Source: Octopus vulgaris
Taxonomy: Eukaryota
DNA: 64,000 nt
NCBI GenBank assembly: GCA_951406725.2
Contig: OX597819.1
Location: forward strand, 82,894,001 to 82,958,000
Direction of reading: 5' to 3'
Under the pieces are notes generated by a model. The model saw nothing but the letters and a program-made list of their open reading frames with translations. It ran no database searches and had not been told where the DNA came from. Shown here in pieces: positions 28,645-40,091 of this stretch; the first letter of the stretch is position 1, and each line of letters opens with the position of its first letter. Both the position numbers and the translations under genes were made by a program.

Positions 28645-28702
<58 letters not shown>

Positions 28703-30605
28703 ATATTGTAGATTGGAAATACATTAGTTGTTATAATTCAAAAATTTGCTATTATACCTAATAGGCTGCAGATAAAGACTACACATGTTCTATAAGGGAG
28801 TATAATTTAAACGTTTTTGATCTAAGAGGATGCAACTCCAAATAAGAATTGCTATAGATTAGAGGAGGTCTTTTCATTCTTCTCACATGATGTAACTTTT
28901 TTAATGCATGTAAACAGCTTGAAATGGTATGAAAAAATGCATCCTGTACATTTTGTAATGTGATTACTGATAGGAAAATATTTAGCCGTAGAAATCATGA
29001 CCAAAAGATGAAACATGAATATGAGAGGTGGACTACTCATTGCAGGCTGCCCATCTAGGCAGAAGGTATTTCTGAATAACAGAGCAGAAAGGACTCCAGT
29101 ATGGAACAGTTTCTTCAGTGCTGGTGACATGGTAAAATGCATCTAGTTCATACTGTAAGACATTCAACCATAAAGTTGGCTGGGAGGGGGGGTTGTTAGG
29201 TGTGTCAGATGGTACAGATCATGATCATTTATAAGACCTATCCAACCCATAGAAAAATGAAAATAAAATTATGTTGACAATAGCAACAATGATGAAAAGG
29301 ATAATACAACAACACAGATGAGGATGATAATGATATTTGAAAACTAGAAAGTGAATGAAGGTATCATTCCTTATATTTGTAAAAGATTTTATAAGTGAAT
29401 GACTAAAATTATAATATTTACCCCTTTAGCATTCAGATTATTCTGTCAAATGCTTATTTATTTGCATTGTTGTGAAATAATTATGCACTATCTTGTAGTT
29501 TTAAGATTTTGATGATGTGATTGTATATTTTTACAATGACATTGTAGGCTAGGTGTGAGAGGACAGAGCTGACCAGTTCAAATATAAAACTGGTGGAATA
29601 TTTTGGCTTGATATGACTGGTTTAAATGTTAAAGGATTAATTCAACTGAAGCAGAGTGATAGCAGAATAGAAAGAGATGGAACAATACACAAAACTTGTG
29701 AAGTGAAATGAGAAACAGCATTAAAATGAAACTGACTGAACATGTTGGCTAATATAACCAACTGATTTCTAGAATAACAAATTGGTGAACACGATGATAC
29801 AGAGAAGCAGACAGTTATATTTACCATTTATTATTTATAGTATTAATTCTACAATAAATATCTCCTGTCCACAAAAAATATTTTAATAAAGGTTTAAAGC
29901 AAAAACAAAGAGCACTTAGTTTGTCTATATTATCATAACACTTATAAATCAGTTTGACACACTATCCACTAGCTCTTTTAAAAATCAATAAATTAATTAT
30001 CTAAGACCTGTTTTGATAAATGCTTCTTCTTAGAATTTCATTGCCTAACATTAAACTAGTTACAGATGAAATCATGCCATTCATCAACAATGTCATAAAT
30101 TGTCTTTTTTTTATATAACATAAGTCAAGGAATATTTATCTTATTTGATAAATTTATTTTTCATTAACAATAAAACTCCATTTTACTCTCACTTTAGATC
30201 AATTGTTTGTGGTTCTGATGGGAAAACCTATGGTAATGACTGTATGATGAAATTAGAGTCCTGCTACCAACAACAGGAAATTACTGCTGTAGCTTCTGAA
30301 AACTGTGAAGGTTAGTGTTCTGTTCAATTTTAAATTCTGATAGTACTAATATTTGAATTATACATAGATCTCTAATTTTACAGACTTGATGAGTCTATGC
30401 ACCCTTTCCTCTTTCAGGTTCTTTTACCATTCACTTTTCTGTCTTGGGTTTAATCACGTGTACTATTTTGGCTACCATTACTGTTCTCCTTTACTTGGTT
30501 TATTGTTGTTTTCTGATCTTTTCTTTAATCTTTTCTAATGAGTTATAGTGCACTTGAGCACTGTATGCAATGATCTTGTTATCATCACTATCATTATCAT
30601 CATTA

Positions 30606-30648
<43 letters not shown>

Positions 30649-32925
30649 GGTGGAAAGTTAGCAAAATCATTATTGCATCAGGCAAAATGTTTAGGTGCAT
30701 TTTGTCCATCTTCAAATTCTGAGTTCAAATGCTGTCAGGGTAAACTTTACCTTTCATCCTTTCAGGGTCGATAAAATGAATACCAGTTGAACACTATAAT
30801 TGACTTATCCCATCCACAAAACTGCATGCTTTGTACCAAAATTTGAAATTATTATTATTATTACTACTATTACGGCTACAAAATCACAGAATTCATATTG
30901 GGAATCTATATGACCATAAAACTCCTGAAATAAGTTGCAATGATTTTAAAGATATTAGGCAGCTTGTATTTTAATTAGTAATAACTCTGAGATAAGACAA
31001 TGAATTCAGTTAATTTTATTTTAATTATTCAATTTCATTATTTTGTTCATCAGTTCAAGTAATGGTATGCAGTAATTAGAATTATAATCTTTATCTTTGC
31101 CAATTCATCATTTTTTACTTTTAGGATTCATAAAATAAGATCAACCATACTGCTGAGAATATGGTTGGTCTTATTCATTATGGATATACTCATCATCATC
31201 ATCATTCTTTCATATCTGCCTTTTCATGCTGGTATAAATTCGACAGCTTGTTACAGTCCAAGTTTCAGAGTAACTGCCTTCCTAGACAGTTAGGGACGAT
31301 GTCTTGCTCACTCATACATTCTGTTTTTTGGCATAGTTTCTATGTCTGGGATGCCCTTCCTATTCTCAAACACTTTACAAAGTGTGTTAAGTACATTTTA
31401 TCATAGCACCACAATTAAAGTGGTTGCCTTACAGTGTCTTCATTTGTTCGTTCACCAGTGTCAGAAAAATTGTCTTAAATATAAGGTGAAGAAATGATCT
31501 AATTTTGCACTCTTTTCACCTGTAGGGATGTTTTCTTTTATGTATGTATATGTTTCTTAACTCTTCATAATAGAAATAATAGGTGAGTTAAAACAGTTCT
31601 TTTGTGTAGTTCTATATTTAAGAGATGAGGAATTTTGTACATTATTCATATTATTTACATTCGACAGATATTCGTCTTCATCTTGTTTGTTGTTAACACA
31701 ATGTTTCGGCTGATATACCCTCCAGCCTTCTTCAGGTGTCTTGGGGGAAATTTCGAACCTGAGTTCTCATTCCTAAAGTATTATTTGATGTTGTTATTAT
31801 TATTATTGCTAGTGTTTGGGTCACAGCTTGGAACCGAACTTGGAATCTAGGGGTTAGTAGCCCATGCTCTTAACCCCAAGATTCCAAGTTCGATTCCAAG
31901 CAGTGACCTGAACACTAACAATAATAATAATAATAATAATGATAATAATAATGATATTAATAATAATAATAATAATAATGATAATAATAATAATCATCAT
32001 CATCATCATCATCATCGTTTAACGTCCGTTCTCCATGCTAGCATGGGTTGGACGGTTCGACCGGGGATCTGGGAAGCCAGAAGGCTGCACCAGGCTCCGG
32101 TCTTATCTGGCAATGTTTCTACAGCTGGATGCTCTTCCTAACGCCAACCACTCCGTGAGTGTAGTGAGTGCTTTTTACGTGCCACCTGCACTGGAGCCAG
32201 GCGAGGCTGGCATTGGCCACGGTCGGATTGGTGCATTTTACGTGCCACTTGCATGGAAGCCAGTCGAGGCGGCACTGGCTTCGGCCACGATTTGGATGGT
32301 GCTTTTTACGTGCCACCGACACGGAAGCCAGTCGAGGCAGCGCTGGCATCGGCCATGATTCGGATAGTGCTTTTTACGTATCTCCAGTCCAGGGGTCCTC
32401 GCATCTGCCAGGTGCCAGTCATAGGATTGGTTCAATTTCGATTCCGATTTCGATTTCACTTGCCCCAACAGGTCTTCGCAAGCAAAGGGGGGTAGACATA
32501 GGTGCCTGTCGTCGGATGAGGTTCGATATCGACTTCGCTTGCCTCAACAGGTCTTTGTGTGTCCAAGGGAGGAAAGGCATGCATAAGTGGGCTGGACTCA
32601 CTTGTCCTGCCTGGTCTTTTCACGCACAGCATATTTCCAAAGGTCTCGGTCGCAGGTCATTTCCTCAGTGAGACCTAAAGTTCTAAGGTCGTGCTTCACC
32701 ACCTCAGCCCAAGTTTTCCTGGGTCTAACTCTTCCACGGGTTCCCTCCACTGCTAGGGATTGGCACTTTTTCACACACCTATCTTCATCCATTCTCGTCA
32801 CATGACCATACCAGCGCAATCATCTCTCTTGCACACCACAACTGATGCTCCTTAAGTCCAACATTTCTCTCAGGGTACTAACGCTCTGTCGAGCATGCAC
32901 ACTGACATTACACATCCATCGGAGC

Positions 32926-32967
<42 letters not shown>

Positions 32968-35900
32968 TGAAAAAATACTTTAGGAATGAGAACCAAGTTC
33001 AAAATTTCCCCAAGATACCTGAAGAAGGCTGGAGGGTATATCAGCTGAAATGTTGTGTTAACAGCTAACAAGATGAGGACAAATATTCATCGAATGTAAA
33101 TAATGTAAATAGTTCTTTTGTGTGTCTTCATAATTTTTTAGGTGTTAATTGATTAGAACATTAGAAAACCTATATTTATTTTAGATTAATTAACTTTTGA
33201 AATGACTAATGACTACTATGATAAATAAATTTTAGTATATACTAAAAAACTGACAAAATATGAGAACAATAAACACAGGATATGAATTCAGTGATTAATT
33301 TGATGGTATGATCTGTCATAATTGAAGAGAGTACCTCTTAATATTTCATTTAAATCAGTGTCTGAGATGAATACAATATCTATCTAAACTGATCTATTTT
33401 GTTTCATCCTTTCATTTACCATGATACATTTTCATATCAAAAACTCTTATTATCTCCAAAACTTTACAGGTCAGGTTTAGATCTTCCTGTTTAAACAAAT
33501 TAATCTGTTTACTATAACAGTCAATCCAGGCACAATTAGTTTTCAACCAGTGATAAACATGCCTTCCATAACTCACATTGGTCATAGTATCATCTCTGCA
33601 TAAAGGAGAGATGGTACTATAGCCAGACATAATTTAATGATCATTATAGATGCTTGCAATACATTCTGAACTCCTATAGTTGTTAGATATTTTTTTTTCA
33701 GTTTCTGAAATAGCTTCTTTATTTTTTATTTACTCTGATCACTCCACTGGTATACAATTTTATTGAGATTTTATTTCTCTTATCAGATCTGGAAGAAGAA
33801 CCTTGTGATGGGAACATGCCGCTTGTCAACCCCCTGACGGGCCAGGAATACTATTGTTATGATGATAAAAATATTTGTCCTGCAGGAAGTTATTGCCATA
33901 AGCGGGCAACATTTGCTAAGTGTTGCCGTGAAGGTAAATTCATGTTATAAAATGGGAATTTTTTACATAATTTTACATATAAAGCATCCCACTGTCTATA
34001 AAACTTGAATGTGTTTTTTCATATATATATGTATATATTCTCTCCTTGTTTCTTTCTGTGTTCTTTTCTGTGGAAGAGCATAGGCTCGAAATGTTAAAGA
34101 CTTTTTCACTTCCCAAGTGTTAAACTAATACATCTGTTTGTTGTCTACACCACCTGTCTTCATCTTTTGTCTTTTTTGTGAATTCTCCCCTACACACTCA
34201 CACACAAACATATATATATATGTTTATACACACACGCGCGCACACACACACATATGTTAGCATGTGAATCTCTATGACTATATGCATTGCACAAACTCTT
34301 TTAATATATTCATATTCTCCTTGTTCATGTTCTTTATTCTCTTGAAATCCTATTCTTTTAATACCCTTTACTGAGTGGGATCATATGGGCTTATAGAATT
34401 GTGGTGCTACGAATTTAATCCAATATCATCAGAAGATAAAATATTGTTGTTAACTATGAATACAATGGGTTTATAAAAAAAAAATACCTTCCTCTGAACT
34501 CATTTTCGATTTCTAATAACTTTGCATCACTAAAAGATTCCATTATACCTCTAGCTCATGGCAAGAACACAAGCTTAAATGTTACTCCCCCTCATTCTTG
34601 ATTGAAGTCTTATATTCTGGATTTGTTTGAATGAAATGAATAATGATAATACAGTTATTGTAAGAAGGTTATTCAGGATTTAATGTAATGCTATCATTCA
34701 AGAATTATTCTAAGATTTGATATCTGGAAAGCATTGTCTCCTAGGTTAGATGCAGGGCTTCTCAGAGGATAGTAAGTAGCAGTGCTCATACATATTTTCA
34801 AATTAAAAGTGTGTATGCTTAATGAGATCCAGAAAGATCTGAACACATAACTACTTTGAAATTTGAGTTTTTATTTTGCAAATTGCAAATTGTTTGCTGA
34901 TTATTTATGTGAGGTGTGAAAAATGTCAGTGAACAGTACTTCCAGTAGAGGTGGAATGTTGTGAATATATTGTTTGATCCACAATGTCTTGTCAGACTTG
35001 CACTGAATCTTGGAATGATAGCAGAGTAATAATGATATGCAAACTAGAGGAGAAAGTACAGAATGTTTTATTATGGACAAGGAAGAGGCATGTGAGAAAA
35101 AAAACAAATGATTAGCAAGTAACAAAACAAAATAGTTGCTGCTTGGTTGAAATGGTTACAGTCATATCCAGTTTGATATCATCGATGCATGGACAACAGG
35201 AGGGAAAAAAGTGTGCTGCTTAGGAACTAAAAGAACTCTGACATTCCCTGATATTAATAGAGGAAGAGATATTGATGAAAGATGACAAAATCATTGTATC
35301 TCCTGTTGACAGTGGTCTGAGAAAATTTCCTAATGTGGTAGTTTTATGTAAAACAATAATATAGACACTGTGTGTGTGTGTTTGAGTATGCGTTTCTGGT
35401 TGTGTATGTGTGTAATTATTTTGCATGTCTTTTTCTGTGAGTGAGATAACTTTCAAAATTTTATAATTTTACTATTTTTATATTAATGACTAAAAGTATT
35501 TTTCCTGTGCTTAGATGCAATTTCTACTCTCATAATACATCTACATATAAAAATGCCCCTGTGTGTGTGTATAAACATATTTATACAATAGTAATTGATA
35601 TAATGATGGTAGTAAGGACAAGATGAAAATTTTCAATTGAAATTAAAAGTATGTCATGAGCACCTGATTTTACTACAATTGTTATTTGTGAGTTGTATAG
35701 ACTACTTATTAGGAAATTATTATAATCATTATTCATATCAGTTGGTAGAAATTCTGTATAGATAGTAAACATTCCTTATAGTCTCATAATTATTTACATG
35801 CATATCTACATTCACCAATTTCTTATTATTCTAAAGGCTTTAAGATTTTGATTATTAGTTTCCTTTCTATTGAACTAAAATTTTTTCTCTGAAGCATTTT

Positions 35901-36592
35901 TAAAATCCTTTCATGATTATTTATTCTCAAAGTATATGAAATACAGTTTGATAAGATTTCTTTCATATCTTTACATGCAAATTTGCACTTTGAGATGTCT
36001 CTTGTATCCAGATGCCTTTTCTTGTATTTTGTTATTTCCATTTTTAGAATTATATTATTGGTGAGATTGTGAAATCTCAAAGCTTGAAAGCATTTTAGAG
36101 AGAACATTCTCTGTAACTGAATTCAAATATTTAATTTCTTTATTAACATTCCATTTCTAAAATTATTATTAGATAGATTCTATTTTTGCAACTCAATTTA
36201 ATTAAAAGGGCTTCTTATTTATTTAGTAAATAGTTGAGCATGTTTAGATTTCTATAATTTTGCATGTAGGCAGGCAAAAAAAAAATGATTTATATATTTA
36301 TATATATATCCTTATAAAAAGCAAAGTTTATATATATAAAACAATTGCAGTGTGGAAGGTGTGTGTAAGCCATTTAAGAAACACACAAAAGCCGTTCGAT
36401 TCACTTCAACATTTAAGTTTAATTTGTCAAAATTAATATATAAATTAATATATAAATTAAACTTAAATGTTGAAGTGAATCGAACGGCTTTTGTGTGTTT
36501 CTTAAATGGCTTACAAACACCTTCCACGCTGCAATTGTTTTCGTTCCAGCACACGATCTCAGATCAAATCACTTGCTATGCGAGTACATCTC

Positions 36593-36645
<53 letters not shown>

Positions 36646-37383
36646 CATACATACATACATACACAAAATTTTTTGAATATATATTTTTAATAATTTTGGT
36701 CATTTTTTATAATAACGGGTTGGGGGATATTTTGAACATTCCTTTGAATATTACTCCTTCTGTTGCTTAATCAGCATGCTTATTTTTCTTTTTGTTTCCC
36801 TCAAAATCTCCAGCATTTTCAATATTTCATAAACTGTATTCACTGTCTTTGCTTATATGTTATCTACTTTCACAATGTAGTTTTCTGTTCTACATTTTTG
36901 CTGTTAACATTCCATTATTATTTTTTGTTCTTCATTTTGCATTTAAGTCTTTATTTTCTCTTTTGTTGTTGTTTGTATCATATGAAAGATTATTTCATTT
37001 ATCTAATGTAAATTGATAATTTTGATGATTAAAAACTACCATGAAAAATCAGGTATTTTTCATACCCAAAGGTGATTAAATACAAACAATCAAAAATGAT
37101 ATTCTGTTAGTCTTGTTATAACCTCTGAGGATTTGCCTTTAAAGGTTATAGTGAATTATATTAATCCCAGTAAGTTGTCTCATACTTATTTTATTGATTT
37201 CATTTAAAACAACGACAAAGCTGTCTTTAGATTAAGGGAAGATAACTTAGTTGGACCTAAATACCTCAAAATATTTTTGCAGACAATATCAATTTTATTA
37301 CACTCTATATATATATATAGATATATATATCATCATTTAATGTCCGTGTTCTATTCTGGCATGGTAGATATATATATCATCAT

Positions 37384-37414
<31 letters not shown>

Positions 37415-37633
37415 CTCTTTACTCTTTTCTTACTCTTTTACTTGTTTCAGTCTTTTGACTGCGGCCATGCACCGCCTTTAGTCATGCAAATTGATCCCAG
37501 GACTTATTCTTCATAAGCCTAGTATTTATTCTATCAGTCTGTTTTGCTGAACCACTAAGTTACAGGGATGCAAACACACCACCATTGGTTGTCAGGCAAT
37601 GTTTGGGGAACAAACACAAACACACAAACAAAT

Positions 37634-37695
<62 letters not shown>

Positions 37696-40027
37696 ATACA
37701 CACACACACATATATATATATATATACAACGGGCTTCTTTCAGTTTCCATCTACCAAATCCACTCACAAGGCTTTGGTTGGCCCGAGGCTATAGTAGAAG
37801 ACACTTGCCCAAGGTGACTAGCAGTGGGAATGAACCTGGAAACATGTGGTTGGTAAGCAAGCTACTTACCTCACAACCACTCCTGTGCCTGCTTATATAT
37901 ATATATATATACACTGAGGGTAATAAAATTGATACTGTCAGCAAAAATATCTTGAGGTATTTTGGTCCAACCTAAATATATATATACATAATGAATAAAA
38001 TATTCATAAAGATATTATTATTTCTAATATTAGCGATGGTAAATATAAGTAATCAATAAAATCCACAATGATAATATAGATGGTTAACAGGTATTGAATA
38101 GTGTTAAATAGCTATAAAATTTTTAAATTAGCATTAAGCATCAGGGTATTCATATGCTATACCCATTAATTTGAGGTTTTAACTCCTATTCCCAATGGGT
38201 ATGGCATATGAATGCCCTGATGCTTAATGGTAATTTTATATATACATATGCGCATGCACACACACGCACACATATATACGTTATATATATATGTATGTAT
38301 GTATGTTTGTATGGCATCCAGCCTTAGAAACCATACCAAATCAAACTGGAAATTGGTGCAGCTCTCTAGCTTATAAGTTCCAGTCAAACTAACTACCCTA
38401 TGCCAGCATGGAAAGCAGATGCTAAATGATGATGTTGATGATGATGATGATGATATATTTGCAGTTAAACACAGACACACACACACGCACACACACACAT
38501 TCATACATATGTGTGTGTAATGGGCTTCTACACAGTTTCCATTTATCAAAGTTTACTCACTGTTGGTCAACTTTAGCATAGCCTAGAAAACATTTGCTAA
38601 AGCACATAGTGAGTTCTAAGTCAGAACCACTGGATTGTGAAATGCATTTCTTAACTCCATACAACCTTGTCTGCAGCTATGTCCATATCTCTAAGATGAG
38701 TTGTTAATACACAGTGATCAGTTTGACTTCCAATCATTATCACCTCTCTCTTTATTGATGCGTACATAGTAAATAGTATTGGACAAGATTTGAACTAGGA
38801 ACTATTATTTCTAAATTATGACAATAATGTTCTTATCCACTAAGCTACTGTCACATAAAGCTTGGTGTATAATATTGAAAATGATCATCTGTAAAGATAA
38901 AATCAATTAACAGTCTGAAAAATTAAAATTTTATTATCCAAAAATTATAGTTAAAAATGTTTTCTATATGTGACCTATTTTAATAATTGAAGTTGTATAT
39001 CTGTCAAAAAAGCTGAAGTTTATCAGTTGTTAAATACCATTTTATGGCTTCTTCTGCTATTTCAGTATGTGTCACCTGATATTTAGAGCTGTATATCATC
39101 TGATAAATTGATATCATGTTATCAGCTTACAGTTTGAAAAGCATGCTTCATATCAGAATATTGAACATTATGATTTACTAGAAGCTTTTAGTCAGTTATA
39201 TATCAGATTTGACTGTAAAATTATATATAACACAATTTATAACTTCCAGTCTTTGGATGGTAGTGCCCTGACATGGTCTAAGCCCTCAGTGAATGAAAAC
39301 TGAAATAGTAACAGAATATAAATAATTATTTTCAATAAATCTTTCAGTAGCAATGGTGCAAATCATCAGCTTCTGACTATATATACATAAAGAGAGAGGG
39401 AGTGGTAGATCTATAAAATATAAAATTTATATTACTATAATACAGCAGAATTAATGGATGATGGATAGGTGGAATTGTTTGAGCAGTAGATAAAATGCTT
39501 TGTGCTATTTGATCCAGCTGTTTACATTATGAGTTCAAATCCTGCCAAAGTCACTTTTGCCTTAAATCTTTTCGGAGTTAATAAAATAATTTCCAGTCTA
39601 GCAGCAATGAAGTCAGTGGTATCAACTAATCTCCACCCAACAAAATTGTCAGCCTTTTACCTAAATTAGAAACAATTATTTTATGAAGAGGCTGATATAT
39701 ATCGTAAATTTTATTTAGGTTTTCATAACTAATGCAAGATTTACAAAATACTTCAAAATCTTTCATAGAAATACGAGTTTCAACAAAGTAATATTGAATG
39801 TACAATGCATGTTGCATGTTATGTGTATTATGTTGTTTCACTCTCTCTCAGAAATTGTGTTTACTGGCTGTAAATATCATACTTTTGGTTGCTGTGAAGA
39901 CAATGTAACTCTTGCAATGGCACCTAATTTTGCTGGCTGCCCAAGTAAGTTATTCTCCATGAATCACTGCTATGTTGCTATAATTCTTTTGTTTCTCTGT
40001 TTATGCTTTTGTTTACTCCTAGCTTCA

Positions 40028-40091
<64 letters not shown>

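Larger units (their letters stand above)
31608..33110. mobile_element. Fold-back element with tRNA-like head and hammerhead-ribozyme motif in each arm (Penelope-type/retrozyme-like), 13-bp TSD, interrupted by an RTE fragment
   Basis: TSD agttcttttgtgt at 31595-31607 and 33111-33123. Arms are reverse complements about a centre near 31865. Confidence 0.8.

Noticed and set aside
32168-32400. Regularly spaced gtgctttttacgtgccac repeats resembling a CRISPR array
   Set aside because: The spacers are similar to each other, so this is a tandem repeat. It lies in an RTE 3' UTR in eukaryotic DNA with no cas genes.
37277-38549. ORFs rich in YI/IY/HT/CV repeats (also at about 8400-8740, 19834-20046, 36352-36770 and 59461-59925)
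   Set aside because: These are translations of (TA)n, (CA)n and (TATG)n microsatellites, SINEs or the hairpin, with no coding signal.
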